DNA from: Terriglobia bacterium
Lineage (GTDB): Bacteria; Acidobacteriota; Polarisedimenticolia; Polarisedimenticolales; JAIQFR01
DNA: 64,000 nt
Direction: 5' to 3'
NCBI GenBank assembly: GCA_963748015.1
Contig: CAVVHE010000004.1
Coordinates: forward strand, 448,001-512,000
This document shows, piece by piece, positions 38,128 to 60,320 of this stretch. The position numbers were made by a program, and so were the translations under genes. Position 1 is the first letter of the stretch. Every line of letters begins with the position of its first letter. The notes under the pieces were generated by a model. It was not told where the DNA came from. It searched no databases and saw only the letters and a program-made list of their open reading frames with translations.

Positions 38128-38688
38128 ATGGACGTCAAGACGATCCTGGACCAGATGGAGAAGAAGATGGCGGCGACTTTCGCCGACGCGCGGCACAAGC
38201 TCGCCGCCGTGCGGACGGGGCGCGCCTCGCTCGCCCTGTTCGACGGGGTGATGGTGGACTACTACGGGACGCCGACGCCCTTGAATCAGGTGGCGAAGCT
38301 CTCGATCCCGGAGCCCACGCTGATCGTCGCCCAGCCGTTCGACCCCTCGACGCTGAGCGCCATCGAGAAGGCGATCCAGTCCTCGGACCTCGGGCTGAAC
38401 CCGAGCAACGACGGGAAGCTGATCCGCATCCCGATCCCGCCGCTGACCGAGGAGCGCCGGAAGCAGCTCGTGAAGAAGGTCCACGGTCTCGGCGAGGAAG
38501 CGAAGACCGCCCTCCGGCAGCTCCGCCGAGACGCCAACGAAGAGGTCAAGAAGATCGAGAAGTCGGGCGAGATCTCCGAGGACGACGCGCGCCGCGGCCT
38601 CGAGGACATCCAGAAGAAGACCGATCGCTTCTCGGGAGATGTCGACACGCTCGGCAAGAACAAGGAAAAAGAGCTGATGGAGGTCTGA
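38128..38688 (+). CDS. frr: Ribosome recycling factor
   Basis: RTGRAS and PPLTEERRK motifs. Confidence 0.97.
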   Translation: MDVKTILDQMEKKMAATFADARHKLAAVRTGRASLALFDGVMVDYYGTPTPLNQVAKLSIPEPTLIVAQPFDPSTLSAIEKAIQSSDLGLNPSNDGKLIRIPIPPLTEERRKQLVKKVHGLGEEAKTALRQLRRDANEEVKKIEKSGEISEDDARRGLEDIQKKTDRFSGDVDTLGKNKEKELMEV

Positions 38689-38743
38689 CGTCCGGCGTCT
38701 TGCGACGCGGACCGTCGGCCTCGTGGGCTGCCCGGGGAAGCGC

Positions 38744-39916
38744 ATGCGGGAGATCGCGGGGATCGTGGTCGCCGCCGGGCGGGGGAACCGCCTGGGTGGG
38801 GACATCCCCAAGCAGTTTCGGAGGATCGGCGGCCGGACGCTGATCGACCGGGCGGTGGCCGCGCTCGCGACGCGGCCGTCCGTGTCGGGAGTGGTCGTCG
38901 TGCTCCCTCAAGATCTCTTGACCGGGGCAGGGGCGGACGAGGTGCGCCGGCTGCCCGGCGTCTTCGCCGTCGCGGGGGGTGGCGAGACGCGCGCGCGCTC
39001 CGTCCGTCTCGGGCTCGACGCGGCGGGGCCGTGCCGCTTCGCGCTGGTCCACGACGCGGCGCGCCCGCTGGTTTCCGCGGAGGTGGTCGACGCGGTCGTC
39101 GAGGCGACCGTCCGCCACGGCGCGGCGGTGCCCGTCGTTCCGGTTCCCGACACCGTGAAGGAGGACGACGGAAACGGCTTCTGCTCGAGGACCGTGGACC
39201 GATCGCTCCTTCGACTCGCGCAGACGCCCCAGGGATCCCGCGCCGACTGGCTCCTCGAGGCGCTCGATCTCGCGCGGAGCGAGAACATGGAGCCGACCGA
39301 CGAGGCGCAGGCGCTCGAGCGCGCCGGCCGGCGCGTCGCGCTGGTTCCGGGCGATCCCGGGAACGCGAAGATCACGGATCCGTCCGACCTCGAGGCCGCG
39401 AGGCGGCGTTTGGGGGGAATCCCGATGGGTCTGAGGGTCGGGACAGGGTTCGACGTGCACGCGTTCGAGGCCGGCAGGTCCCTCGTGCTGGGGGGCGTTC
39501 CGTTCCCGGGGGAGACGGGACTCGCCGGCCACTCCGACGCCGACGTCGTCCTGCACGCCGCCATGGACGCCCTGCTCGGAGCGGCGGCACTCGGAGACAT
39601 CGGCGTCCACTTCCCGCCCGGAGACCCGAGGTTCGCCGGCGCGGCGAGCACCGTTCTTGCTCGCGAGGTCGTCCGCCTCCTGCGCGAAAGCGGCTTCGAG
39701 ATCGTGAACCTGGACCTGACGCTGCTGGCCGAGCGGCCGCGCATCCGGGCGCGGGCCGAGGAGATGCGATCGCAGATCGCCGCCTGCCTGGGTGTCGCGG
39801 CCGGCCGGGTCGGCCTCAAGGCGACGACCCTGGAGGGTCTCGGCGCCCTCGGCCGGGGAGAGGGGATCGCGTGCCAGGCCGTGGCACTCGTTCGCGAGAT
39901 CGGGGAGGACGAGTGA
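38744..39916 (+). CDS. ispDF: Bifunctional IspD/IspF
   Basis: AAGRGNRLG..PKQF, HDAARP and QTPQ, then in-frame GFDVH, GHSDADV and DIG.HFP. Confidence 0.92.
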   Translation: MREIAGIVVAAGRGNRLGGDIPKQFRRIGGRTLIDRAVAALATRPSVSGVVVVLPQDLLTGAGADEVRRLPGVFAVAGGGETRARSVRLGLDAAGPCRFALVHDAARPLVSAEVVDAVVEATVRHGAAVPVVPVPDTVKEDDGNGFCSRTVDRSLLRLAQTPQGSRADWLLEALDLARSENMEPTDEAQALERAGRRVALVPGDPGNAKITDPSDLEAARRRLGGIPMGLRVGTGFDVHAFEAGRSLVLGGVPFPGETGLAGHSDADVVLHAAMDALLGAAALGDIGVHFPPGDPRFAGAASTVLAREVVRLLRESGFEIVNLDLTLLAERPRIRARAEEMRSQIAACLGVAAGRVGLKATTLEGLGALGRGEGIACQAVALVREIGEDE

Positions 39917-40755
39917 CCCGCCGCCCCGGCGCAACCGCGTCGTCCCGCGCGGGCCGGCCGAGGCCGTCCGGCGAGAGCCCCGGCCCGGCGCCGGATGCCG
40001 CCGAGATGCTCTACGGAGTCCACCCGGTCCTCGAGGCGCTGGAGGCGGGCAAGAGGACGATCGATCGCATCCTGGTCGCCCGCGATGAAGTTTCGGGGCT
40101 GGGCAGGATCCTGCGGCAGGCGAGGGAGTCCGGGGTTCCGGTGACCCACCTCCCGAAAGAGGTGCTCGCGAGGAAGGTCGGCCGGCGGGAGGTGCACCAG
40201 GGCGTCGTGGCGATCGTGTCCGCGGTGCCGTATGCGGATCCGGACGAGCTTTGCCGGGCCGCGGCCTCCCGCGACAACGGCCTTCTCGTGGCGCTCGACG
40301 GGGTCGAGGATCCGAGGAATCTGGGCGCCACGGTTCGATCGTCCGCGGCGGCCGGGGCGGACGGCCTGCTGCTGGGCGTCGAGGGGTCCGTCGGCTTGAC
40401 CCCGGTAGCCGCCAAGGCGTCCGCCGGTGCGGTGGAGAGGCTGCCGGTCGCCCGGGAGCCTCGGCTGAGGCAGCGGCTGCTGGCCTTGAGGGAGGCGGGG
40501 TTCCGGGTGCTCGGCCTCGATTCGAAGGGGTCCTCGGCCTGGGACGGGTTGGAGCTATCCGGCCGCAACGTTCTCGTGGCGGGAGGGGAGGGGCGCGGCC
40601 TCCGAAGGAGCATCGCGGAGGTCTGCGATCACCGGGTTCGCATTCCGCTCGAGCACGGCGTGGAGTCGCTGAACGTCTCGGTGGCGGTCGCGGTGGTCCT
40701 GTTCGAGGTGGTTCGCCAGCGTCGCCGCGCCGGCCAGCGGGGAAGAGAAGACTGA
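39913..40755 (+). CDS. rlmB: 23S rRNA Gm2251 methyltransferase (SpoU family)
   Basis: HQGVVA, DPRNLGA, GGEGRG and ESLNVSVA motifs. Confidence 0.92.
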   Translation: MTRRPGATASSRAGRPRPSGESPGPAPDAAEMLYGVHPVLEALEAGKRTIDRILVARDEVSGLGRILRQARESGVPVTHLPKEVLARKVGRREVHQGVVAIVSAVPYADPDELCRAAASRDNGLLVALDGVEDPRNLGATVRSSAAAGADGLLLGVEGSVGLTPVAAKASAGAVERLPVAREPRLRQRLLALREAGFRVLGLDSKGSSAWDGLELSGRNVLVAGGEGRGLRRSIAEVCDHRVRIPLEHGVESLNVSVAVAVVLFEVVRQRRRAGQRGRED

Positions 40756-40772
40756 AAATCCGTGCCAGCCCC

Positions 40773-40801
40773 TTGAAAGGGAAGGGGAGCGCTGGTAACA
40801 T
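40773..40801 (+). promoter_or_regulatory. Sigma70-type promoter of the tRNA-tuf operon
   Basis: TTGAAA-N17-TAACAT with extended TG. Confidence 0.6.
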
Positions 40802-40819
40802 CTGCCGTTTGTCAAGGCG

Positions 40820-40894
40820 GCTGGCGTAGCTCAGGGGTAGAGCAGCGGTTTTGTAAACCGCCGGTCAGGGGTTCAAATCCCTTCGCCAGCTCCA
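40820..40894 (+). tRNA. tRNA-Thr(TGT)
   Basis: Cloverleaf GCTGGCG...CGCCAGC-T-CCA; anticodon loop TT-TGT-AA. Confidence 0.96.
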
Positions 40895-40987
40895 GGAGCG
40901 GACCGGCAAGGGAGCCGGCCGGCGGCGTCCGGGAGCTGGGAAAAGGTGAAGAGAACGATGGGCCGGCGCGACGTCGAGGGACGGTGC

Positions 40988-41074
40988 GGAGAGGTTCCCG
41001 AGCGGTCAAAGGGAGCAGACTGTAAATCTGCCGGCCTTGCGCCTTCGGAGGTTCGAATCCTCCCCTCTCCACCA
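40988..41074 (+). tRNA. tRNA-Tyr(GTA)
   Basis: GGAGAGG...CCTCTCC-A-CCA; CT-GTA-AA; long variable arm. Confidence 0.96.
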
Positions 41075-41112
41075 TATGCGGGGACGAAGAGAAGCGCCGA
41101 GAGAGTTTTTGG

Positions 41113-41188
41113 GCGGGAATAGCTCAGCTGGTAGAGCATCAGCCTTCCAAGCTGAGGGTCGCGGGTTCGAATCCCGTTTCCCGCTCCA
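41113..41188 (+). tRNA. tRNA-Gly(TCC)
   Basis: GCGGGAA...TTCCCGC-T-CCA; CT-TCC-AA. Confidence 0.96.
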
Positions 41189-41245
41189 CACGATGCGAGG
41201 GATTCCGCGGACGCGCGGCCCTGGCGGAGGATGGCGGCCCACTGG

Positions 41246-41321
<76 letters not shown>

Positions 41322-41464
41322 CGCGTCCCGGCGCGAGGGCGGTGCGCAGCGGGGTCCGGAAGACGATCGGGATGGTCCTCCCGCGGCGGCGGTGAGGGCC
41401 GGGGGCACGGGGCGATTGAGCCGTTCTCGCGGCGGGACGCCGGGACGGCGGAGAAGGAGTGCCG

Positions 41465-42652
<1,188 letters not shown>

Positions 42653-42676
42653 CCGAGATCGAGTAGCGGAGAGAAC

Positions 42677-42826
42677 ATGCGCGAGAACGTGACGCTCCAG
42701 TGCGGCGGGTGCAAGCAGCGTAACTACGTTACGACGAAGAACAAGAAGACGACCACGGGAAAGCTCGAGCTGAGCAAGTACTGCCGGTTCTGCCGCAAGC
42801 ACACGCCCCACAAGGAGACGAAGTAG
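42677..42826 (+). CDS. rpmG: 50S ribosomal protein L33 (Zn-binding form; absent from the ORF track)
   Basis: [17 protein letters not shown]...[16 protein letters not shown], 49 aa. Confidence 0.95.
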   Translation: MRENVTLQCGGCKQRNYVTTKNKKTTTGKLELSKYCRFCRKHTPHKETK

Positions 42827-42866
42827 CTTCCTCTTCCCGGCGCGGGCGAGAGCCGCGGCGGGGAGC

Positions 42867-43082
42867 GTGGAGATCAACGTGGGCTGGTTCCAGAGATTGA
42901 AGACGTTCCTGGTGGAGGTCTGGGCCGAGCTCCAGAAGACCTCTTGGCCCGGCCGGCGAGAGGTCTACGGGACGACCGTCGTGGTGATCGTCGCGGTGCT
43001 GATCTGCGCGGCGTATCTCTACGTCGTGGACCGGGCGCTGGATTCCGGTCTGCAGTTCCTGTTCACGACCCTGGGGAAATGA
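42867..43082 (+). CDS. secE: SecE (single TM)
   Basis: ELQKTSWP motif followed by a TM segment; sits before nusG. Confidence 0.9.
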   Translation: MEINVGWFQRLKTFLVEVWAELQKTSWPGRREVYGTTVVVIVAVLICAAYLYVVDRALDSGLQFLFTTLGK

Positions 43083-43630
43083 TGTCCACGGAAGCGACCA
43101 AGACGCGGCAGTGGTACATCGTCCACACCTACTCGGGGTTCGAGGGGAAGGTGAAGGAGAGCCTTCGCCAGCGCGCGGACGCGATGGGGATGGGAGACGT
43201 CATCGAGGACATCCTGATCCCCACCGAGGAGGTCGTGGAGGTCCGCGACGGGAAGAAGACGCGGTCGACGCGCAAGTTTTTCCCGGGTTACGTGCTGGTG
43301 AAGATGGAGATGTCCGACACGGCCTGGCACGTCGTGAAGAACACCCCGAAGGTGACCGGATTCGTGGGGACGGGAAGCAAGCCGGTGCCGCTCACCGACG
43401 CCGAGGTGAACCGGATCGTGAACCAAGTGGCGGTGTCGGCGGACCGCCCGAAGCCCAAGCTCGAGTTCCACACCGGGGAGACCGTGAGGATCGTGGACGG
43501 GCCCTTCAGCAATTTCACCGGCCAAGTCGAGGAGGTCAACGAGGACCGCTCGACCCTGAAGGTCATGGTCACGATCTTCGGGCGCGCGACGCCGGTCGAG
43601 CTGGGGTTCCTGCAGGTGGAGAAGATCTGA
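43079..43630 (+). CDS. nusG: Transcription factor NusG
   Basis: [16 protein letters not shown] and [11 protein letters not shown]. Confidence 0.97.
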   Translation: MMSTEATKTRQWYIVHTYSGFEGKVKESLRQRADAMGMGDVIEDILIPTEEVVEVRDGKKTRSTRKFFPGYVLVKMEMSDTAWHVVKNTPKVTGFVGTGSKPVPLTDAEVNRIVNQVAVSADRPKPKLEFHTGETVRIVDGPFSNFTGQVEEVNEDRSTLKVMVTIFGRATPVELGFLQVEKI

Positions 43631-43730
43631 CGGAGCCCGCCGAGGGCCCGCGACGAGGGACCCCGGGAGGCGCGCGCCGGCTCGAGCCGGACGCGGAACG
43701 CCGGCCGGGGGCCGGGAACAGGAAGGCGAC

Positions 43731-44156
43731 ATGGCGAAGAAGGTCATCGGGCTGATCAAGCTGCACATCCCCGCGGGGAAGGCGACGCCGGCTCCGCCGG
43801 TCGGGCCGGCGCTCGGGCAGCAGGGCGTGAACATCATGGATTTCTGCAAGAATTTCAACGCCCGCACCGCGAAGGGGGAGGGGATCCTCACGCCGGTGGT
43901 CATCACCGTGTACCAGGACCACTCCTACACCTTCGTCACGAAGACGCCCCCCGCGTCGGTGCTGTTGGCGAAGGCCGCCGGGGTACCCAAGGGATCTGGG
44001 ACGCCGAACAAGCAGAAAGCGGGAAAGGTGACCCGCGCCCAGATCCAGGAGATCGCGAAGACCAAGCTACCCGACTTGAACTGCGACACCCTGGAGGCCG
44101 CCGTCCGCATCGTGGAGGGCAGCGCCCGTTCCATGGGAGTGGAGATCGTCGGCTGA
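43731..44156 (+). CDS. rplK: 50S ribosomal protein L11
   Basis: [13 protein letters not shown]. Confidence 0.97.
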   Translation: MAKKVIGLIKLHIPAGKATPAPPVGPALGQQGVNIMDFCKNFNARTAKGEGILTPVVITVYQDHSYTFVTKTPPASVLLAKAAGVPKGSGTPNKQKAGKVTRAQIQEIAKTKLPDLNCDTLEAAVRIVEGSARSMGVEIVG

Positions 44157-44167
44157 CTGGAGGTTCC

Positions 44168-44869
44168 ATGTCCACACACGGGAAGAAGTACGAGATCTCG
44201 CGGAGCAAGGTGCCGGAAGGCGTCCACGACGTCCCGGCGGCCGTCGGAGCGGTCAAGGGCTCCGCGTTCGCGAAGTTCGACGAGACCGTCGAGCTGGCGA
44301 TGCGCCTCGGGGTCGATCCGAAGCACGCCGACCAGATGGTCCGCGGAACGGTCGTTCTCCCTCACGGCACCGGCAAGAGCAAGCGCGTGCTCGTCATCGC
44401 CGGCGGCGAAAAGGTGAAGGAGGCCGAGGCCGCGGGCGCGGACTGGAGCGGCGGGCCGGAGATGGTCGCCAAGATCCAGGAAGGGTGGACCGACTTCGAC
44501 GCGGTGATCGCCACCCCCGACATGATGAAGGAGGTCGGAAAGCTCGGGAAGATCCTGGGCCCCCGCGGCCTGATGCCGAACCCCAAGACCGGCACCGTGA
44601 CGTTCGACGTCTCGAAAGCGGTGGCGGAGATCAAGGCCGGCAAGGTCGAGTTCCGCGTGGACAAGACCGCGATCATCCACGTCCCGGTCGGGAGAATCTC
44701 GTTCTCCGATCAGAAGCTGGTCGAAAACGCCCAGGCGGTGATCCAGGCGGTGATGAAGGCCAAGCCGGCCGCCGCGAAGGGGCGATACCTGCGATCCATC
44801 TACCTCTCCTCGACCATGGGGCCGTCCGTCAAGGTGGACGCCTCGCTGATCGAGTCCGCCGTAGCGTGA
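44168..44869 (+). CDS. rplA: 50S ribosomal protein L1
   Basis: KFDETV and [10 protein letters not shown] motifs. Confidence 0.97.
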   Translation: MSTHGKKYEISRSKVPEGVHDVPAAVGAVKGSAFAKFDETVELAMRLGVDPKHADQMVRGTVVLPHGTGKSKRVLVIAGGEKVKEAEAAGADWSGGPEMVAKIQEGWTDFDAVIATPDMMKEVGKLGKILGPRGLMPNPKTGTVTFDVSKAVAEIKAGKVEFRVDKTAIIHVPVGRISFSDQKLVENAQAVIQAVMKAKPAAAKGRYLRSIYLSSTMGPSVKVDASLIESAVA

Positions 44870-44877
44870 GGTGATCC

Positions 44878-45414
44878 GTGAACCGCGATCAGAAAAACGC
44901 CGCCGTCGTCACGATGGCGGAGCAGTTCCAGAAGGTTTCCAACGTCTTCATCACGGACTTCACGGGGCTGACCGCGAACCAGTCGGCGGACCTGCGTCGG
45001 AAGATCCGGGCCGCCGGCGGCTCCTACGAGGTGGTGAAGAACCGGCTCGCGAAGCGGGCGAGCGCCGGGACCGCGGCGGAGAAGCTCGCGAACCAGCTGG
45101 TGGGGCCGTGCGGGCTCGCCAGCCACGAGTCGGACCCCGTCGGCCTCGCGAAGGTCCTGGCGGATTTCAACAAGGACAACCCGAAGCTCCGTCTGGTCGC
45201 GGGCGTGGTGGACGGCCGCGACGTGGTGGACGCCGAAGGGATCAAGGTCCTTTCGAAGCTGCCCGGCCTGCCCGAGACGCGCGCGCAGATGCTGGCTCTC
45301 ATCCAGACCCCGGCCACCATGCTGGTCCGGCTCCTCACGACCCCCGGGTCGCAGATCGCCCGCGCGGTCGACGCGCGCCGCGAGAAGCTCGAGGGCGGGG
45401 GCGTCCCGGAATGA
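44878..45414 (+). CDS. rplJ: 50S ribosomal protein L10
   Basis: DFTGLT...VVKNRLA and SKLP; position. Confidence 0.93.
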   Translation: MNRDQKNAAVVTMAEQFQKVSNVFITDFTGLTANQSADLRRKIRAAGGSYEVVKNRLAKRASAGTAAEKLANQLVGPCGLASHESDPVGLAKVLADFNKDNPKLRLVAGVVDGRDVVDAEGIKVLSKLPGLPETRAQMLALIQTPATMLVRLLTTPGSQIARAVDARREKLEGGGVPE

Positions 45415-45534
45415 CCTTTGTCACGAAGCTCCGGCGCCCGGCGCCGGTCGGAAATTGAGGACGTATCGTCAGCCGACGCGCCGCGGCGAACCCCGGCGCC
45501 GGGAAGACGACAGGAAACACGGAGGATTGTTGAG

Positions 45535-45906
45535 ATGGCCGACCTTCAGGCAATTGCGGAGAACCTGAGCTCGCTGACCGTGATCGAGGCCGCGCAGCTC
45601 GTCAAGATGCTCGAGGAGAAGTGGGGCGTTTCCGCCGCCGCCCCCGTCGCGGCCGCCGCGGTCGCCGCCGCGCCGACTGCGGTCGTAGAGGAAAAGACCG
45701 AGTTCGACGTGATCCTCAAGGAAGTGGGCGAGAAGAAGATCAACGTCATCAAGGTCGTCCGTGAGGTGACGAGCCTTGGTCTCAAGGAGGCCAAGGATCT
45801 CGTGGACGGGGCGCCCAAGACCGTGAAAGAGGGCGTCTCCAAGGACGAGGCCGAGACGATCAAGAAGAAGTTCGAGGCCGAGGGCGCCAAGGTCGAGATC
45901 AAGTAG
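45535..45906 (+). CDS. rplL: 50S ribosomal protein L7/L12
   Basis: [19 protein letters not shown] and GLKEAKDLV motifs. Confidence 0.97.
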   Translation: MADLQAIAENLSSLTVIEAAQLVKMLEEKWGVSAAAPVAAAAVAAAPTAVVEEKTEFDVILKEVGEKKINVIKVVREVTSLGLKEAKDLVDGAPKTVKEGVSKDEAETIKKKFEAEGAKVEIK

Positions 45907-46053
45907 GAGGCTCGCGTGCCGTTTCCGCAGCCGGCTCCTCCGCGCCGAAGCGGCCCGGGGGCCGGAGAGGTGGATGTCCGGCAGGTTGGATTCGTGTGCC
46001 TTCTTGTGCCGCCGCTCCGGGAACGGGCCGGCCGGCAGGGGGTGTGAAGCGCA

Positions 46054-50526
<4,473 letters not shown>

Positions 50527-50542
50527 GCCGGAGGGAGGAATC

Positions 50543-54793
<4,251 letters not shown>

Positions 54794-54831
54794 CCGGACG
54801 GAGCGGCCGGACGGGGTCGGAATTGCGGGAC

Positions 54832-54861
54832 TTGACCTGGCTCGGGGGGCTCTGCTAGACT
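54832..54861 (+). promoter_or_regulatory. Sigma70-type promoter of the str operon
   Basis: TTGACC-N18-TAGACT with extended TG. Confidence 0.55.
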
Positions 54862-54930
54862 CACCGGGTTTTGCGCATGAACTCATCGCGCAGGCGCGTC
54901 GCGCCGGCGGGGTGGAGGAGAGTCAGAACG

Positions 54931-55305
54931 GTGCCGACGATCAGCCAATTGGTTCGCATCGGGCGGGAGACGATCCGGAGCCGCACCAAGAGCCCGGCGC
55001 TCGTTTCGTGTCCGCAGCGGCGCGGGGTCTGCACCCGCGTGTACACCTCGACCCCCAAGAAGCCGAACTCGGCCCTCCGCAAGGTCGCCCGGGTCCGCCT
55101 CACGAACGGGATCGAGGTGACCACTTACATCCCCGGCGTGGGGCACAACCTCCAGGAGCACTCGATCGTGATGATCCGGGGAGGCCGCGTCAAGGACCTC
55201 CCGGGGGTGCGGTACCACGTCATCCGCGGGACCCTGGACGCCATGGGCGTCGAGGGCCGGCGGCAGAGCCGTTCGAAGTACGGCGCCAAGCGGCCGAAGT
55301 CCTAG
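54931..55305 (+). CDS. rpsL: 30S ribosomal protein S12
   Basis: [10 protein letters not shown] and [13 protein letters not shown] start. Confidence 0.97.
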   Translation: MPTISQLVRIGRETIRSRTKSPALVSCPQRRGVCTRVYTSTPKKPNSALRKVARVRLTNGIEVTTYIPGVGHNLQEHSIVMIRGGRVKDLPGVRYHVIRGTLDAMGVEGRRQSRSKYGAKRPKS

Positions 55306-55316
55306 GGGAGAGCGGG

Positions 55317-55788
55317 ATGCCCAGACGAGGATATGTTCCGAAGCGGGAGGTGCTCCCGGATCCCGTCTACCAATCGCCGATGGTGACGAAGTTCATCAGC
55401 TGCCTGATGAACGACGGCAAGAAGTCGGTGGCCGAGGGGATCTTCTACGGCGCGATGAACATCGTGCAAGAGCGCGACGAAGGAAGACCCGGTCAAGATC
55501 TTCCGCAAGGCGCTGGACAACGTGAAGCCCGTGCTCGAGGTGAAGTCCCGGCGGGTCGGCGGCTCGAACTACCAGGTGCCCATCGAGGTCCGGCCCGAGC
55601 GGCGGACGGCCCTGGCGATCCGCTGGCTGATCGGGTACTCGCGAGAGCGGGCCGAGAAGTCGATGCACGAGAAGCTGGCGAACGAGATCCTGGACGCTTC
55701 GGCGCTCCGAGGCGGTGCTTTCAAGAAGAAGGAAGACACTCACAAGATGGCGGAGGCGAACAAGGCGTTCGCACACTATCGCTGGTAG
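55317..55788 (+). CDS. rpsG: 30S ribosomal protein S7 (one extra base near 55476)
   Basis: MPRR...DGKKS, then a +1 shift to KEDPVK...[11 protein letters not shown]. Removing one base gives a 156-aa S7. Confidence 0.92.
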
Positions 55789-55839
55789 ACAGGCTCGAGC
55801 AAGGCGCTTCCCCCGGCGGGAGGCGAACGGTTCTTTGAC

Positions 55840-57930
55840 ATGGCGCGGCAGACACCCCTCGAAAGGATCCGGAATATCGGCATCATGGCGCACATCGATG
55901 CCGGTAAGACCACTACGACCGAGCGGATCCTCTTCTATACCGGAATCACCTACAAGATCGGTGAGGTCCACGAGGGGACCGCGACCATGGACTGGATGGT
56001 CCAGGAGCAGGAGCGGGGAATCACCATCACCTCCGCGGCGACTACCTGCTTCTGGGACGACTACCGCATCAACATCATCGACACTCCCGGGCACGTGGAC
56101 TTCACCGCGGAAGTCGAGAGGTCGCTGCGCGTCCTCGACGGGGCGGTGGCGGTCTTCTGCGCCGTCGGCGGCGTGGAGCCGCAGTCCGAGGCGGTCTGGC
56201 GGCAGGCGGACAAGTACCGCGTCCCGCGCATCGCGTTCGTCAACAAGATGGACCGGGCAGGGGCCGATTTCGACCGCGTCTGCAAGATGATGACCGACCG
56301 GCTCCACACGCGCCCCGTCCCGATCCAGATCCCGTGGGGCGCCGCCGAGACGTTTCGGGGCGTGATCGACGTGATCGAGATGCGCGCGATGGTCTGGCCG
56401 GAGGAGGCGGGAAAGGCCGCGTTCGAGTTCGCCGATGTCCCGCCCGAGCTGGCGGACGCCGCGGCGGCCGCGCACGAGAAGGCCGTCGAGGCCGCCTGCG
56501 AGATGGACGACGCGCTCCTGGCGAAGTACCTGGCCGGCGAGAAGCTCGCTCCCGAGGAGATCCGGGAGGGGTTGCGGAAGGCGACCTGCTCGCTGCGGAT
56601 GACCCCGGTCGTCTGCGGCGCCGCTTTCCGCAACAAGGGGGTTCAGCCGCTGCTCGACGCGGTCGTGCGCTACCTCCCGTCCCCGCTCGACATCCCTCCC
56701 GTCGAGGGGACCGACCCGGAGGGGGAAGGCACGCTCGTCCGCCCGCCCGACGACAAGGCGCCGTTCGCCGGGCTGGTCTTCAAGATCATGAGCGACCCCT
56801 ACGTGGGCCAGCTCTCCTTCGTCCGGGTCTACTCCGGCTCCCTCGTGACGGGCCACCAGGTGTGGAACAGCGCCCGCCGGACGTCGGAGCGGATCGGGCG
56901 CCTCCTCAAGATGCACGCGAACAAGCGCGAGGAGATCAAGGACGTCTGGGCGGGAGACATCGCCGCCATCGTCGGCCTTCGGAGCGCGACGACCGGGGAC
57001 ACGATCTGCGACCCGAAGTCCCCGGTCCTGCTCGAGTCGATGGAGTTCCCGGAGCCCGTCATCCGCCTCGCGATCGAGCCGAAGACGAAGGCCGACCAGG
57101 AGAAGCTCAGCCAGGGGCTCACCAAGCTCCTCCAGGAAGACCCGACCTTCCGCGTCCAGACCGACGCCGAGACCGGGCAGACCCTGATCGCCGGGATGGG
57201 GGAGCTGCACCTCGAGATCCTTGTGGATCGGCTGCAGCGGGAGTACGGCGTCGCGGCCAGCGTCGGGCAGCCGCAGGTCGCCTACCGCGAGACCATTCGC
57301 GGCGCGGCGGAGGCCGAGGGACGTTACATCCGCCAGACCGGCGGGCGCGGGCAGTACGGCCACGTGAAGATCCGCATCGAGCCGCTCGGGCGCGAGGGCG
57401 GCTTCGAGTTCGAGAACTCGATCGTCGGCGGGTCGATCCCGAAGGAGTTCATCGGGGCGATCGAGGACGGCGCGCACGAGGCGATGGATGGCGGCGTGCT
57501 CGCCGGCTACGCGATGACGGACGTCAAGGTCGATCTCTACGACGGCTCGTACCACGAGGTGGACTCCTCGGAAATGGCCTTCAAGATCGCGGCGTCCATG
57601 GCCTTCAAGGAGGCGTGCCGCAAGGCCGGCGTGATGCTCCTCGAGCCGGTCATGCGACTCGAGGTGGTGGTTCCCGACGAGTACATGGGAGAGGTCATCG
57701 GCAACCTGAACGCGAGCCGCGGCCGGATCCAGAGCATCGAGTCCAGGCCGGGGCTCCAGGCGATCCAGGCGATGGTGCCCCTGAAGGAGATCTTCGGGTA
57801 CGCCACCGATCTCAGGTCCATGACGCAGGGACGTGGGAATTACACGATGCACTTCTCCCACTACGAAGAGGTTCCCAAGGCGATCAGCGAGGAAGTGGTT
57901 TCCCGGGTGACGGGGACGGCCCGGCGCTAG
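55840..57930 (+). CDS. fusA: Elongation factor G
   Basis: [24 protein letters not shown] and [11 protein letters not shown] motifs. Confidence 0.98.
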   Translation: MARQTPLERIRNIGIMAHIDAGKTTTTERILFYTGITYKIGEVHEGTATMDWMVQEQERGITITSAATTCFWDDYRINIIDTPGHVDFTAEVERSLRVLDGAVAVFCAVGGVEPQSEAVWRQADKYRVPRIAFVNKMDRAGADFDRVCKMMTDRLHTRPVPIQIPWGAAETFRGVIDVIEMRAMVWPEEAGKAAFEFADVPPELADAAAAAHEKAVEAACEMDDALLAKYLAGEKLAPEEIREGLRKATCSLRMTPVVCGAAFRNKGVQPLLDAVVRYLPSPLDIPPVEGTDPEGEGTLVRPPDDKAPFAGLVFKIMSDPYVGQLSFVRVYSGSLVTGHQVWNSARRTSERIGRLLKMHANKREEIKDVWAGDIAAIVGLRSATTGDTICDPKSPVLLESMEFPEPVIRLAIEPKTKADQEKLSQGLTKLLQEDPTFRVQTDAETGQTLIAGMGELHLEILVDRLQREYGVAASVGQPQVAYRETIRGAAEAEGRYIRQTGGRGQYGHVKIRIEPLGREGGFEFENSIVGGSIPKEFIGAIEDGAHEAMDGGVLAGYAMTDVKVDLYDGSYHEVDSSEMAFKIAASMAFKEACRKAGVMLLEPVMRLEVVVPDEYMGEVIGNLNASRGRIQSIESRPGLQAIQAMVPLKEIFGYATDLRSMTQGRGNYTMHFSHYEEVPKAISEEVVSRVTGTARR

Positions 57931-57960
57931 ATCGCGCCAGGCGCTGGAGGGACGGGAGCA

Positions 57961-59148
<1,188 letters not shown>

Positions 59149-59253
59149 CGGGAATCTCCCCTCGTTGCGCGGCTGCCCGGGCCGACGGCGGACCGGGAAC
59201 GCGGGCAACGGCGGGAACCGAGACCCCCGGCGACGCCGGGGGGTGGGACGAAG

Positions 59254-59580
59254 ATGGTGAACGAGAAGATTCGCATCCGGCTGAAGGCCTACGACCACCG
59301 TATCCTCGACCAGTCCACGAGCGAGATCGTGGATACGGCCAAGCGGACGGGGGCACGGGTGGCGGGTCCGATCCCGCTCCCGACGGTCCGAAACCGGTGG
59401 ACCGTCCTCCGCTCGCCGCACGTGGACAAGAAGTCGCGTGAGCAGTTCGAGATCCGGACGCACAAGAGACTGCTCGACATCCTCCAGCCGACGCCCGAGA
59501 CGGTGGAGGCGCTCATGAAGCTCGATCTCCCGGCGGGCGTCGACGTCGAGATCAAGGCGTTCGGTCCGTCGCAGTCGTAA
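59254..59580 (+). CDS. rpsJ: 30S ribosomal protein S10
   Basis: [10 protein letters not shown] and [12 protein letters not shown] motifs. Confidence 0.97.
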   Translation: MVNEKIRIRLKAYDHRILDQSTSEIVDTAKRTGARVAGPIPLPTVRNRWTVLRSPHVDKKSREQFEIRTHKRLLDILQPTPETVEALMKLDLPAGVDVEIKAFGPSQS

Positions 59581-59650
59581 CCCGCGTGCCGTCCGAGGGA
59601 CGGCGCCTGGAACCAACGGGGCAGCGCCCCCGCGTTCCACGAGGTCGAAG

Positions 59651-60307
59651 ATGGTCGAAGGAATGATCGGAAAGAAGCTGGGGATGGCCCAGATCTTCCT
59701 CGCGGACGGCACGCTGGTGGGCGTGACCGTTCTCGAGGCGGGGCCCTGCGTCGTCGTTCAGCGGAAGACCGCGGCCAAGGACGGCTACGAGGCGGTGCAG
59801 CTCGGACTCGTGGACCCGAAGGCCGGGAAGGGCTCGAACAAGCCCACCCGCGGCCACCACGAGAAGGCGGGCGTGCCGCCCACCCGGCTCCTGCGCGAGT
59901 TCAATCTCGAGCCGGGCGCCGACCTGAAGCCCGGCGACCGCGTCCTCGTCGATCTGTTCCAGGACGTGACCAAGGTCGACGTCATCGGAACGTCGAAGGG
60001 AAAGGGATTCCAGGGGGTCATGCGGCGGCACAATTTCAGCGGGGGCGCCTCGAGCCACGGCTCGATGTTCCACCGCGCCCCGGGCTCGATCGGTGCGTCG
60101 GCGTTCCCGTCCCGAGTGTTTCCCGGGATGAAGGGGCCCGGCCACATGGGAGACGTCCGGGTCACCGTGAAGAACCTGAAGGTCGTGCGCATCGACGCGG
60201 AAAAGAACCTGCTGCTGGTGAAGGGGGCCGTGCCCGGTCCCGCCGGCGCCAAGGTCCTGATCCGCAAGTCGAAGGGCGCCGCGACCGCGACCGCGGCGAA
60301 GGCGTAG
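59651..60307 (+). CDS. rplC: 50S ribosomal protein L3
   Basis: GKKLGM, KGKGFQG and GAVPG motifs. Confidence 0.97.
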   Translation: MVEGMIGKKLGMAQIFLADGTLVGVTVLEAGPCVVVQRKTAAKDGYEAVQLGLVDPKAGKGSNKPTRGHHEKAGVPPTRLLREFNLEPGADLKPGDRVLVDLFQDVTKVDVIGTSKGKGFQGVMRRHNFSGGASSHGSMFHRAPGSIGASAFPSRVFPGMKGPGHMGDVRVTVKNLKVVRIDAEKNLLLVKGAVPGPAGAKVLIRKSKGAATATAAKA

Positions 60308-60320
60308 GGCGGAGGCGGCG

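Noticed and set aside
38744..39916. IspD-IspF fusion as a novelty
   Set aside because: Bifunctional IspDF is well known in many lineages.
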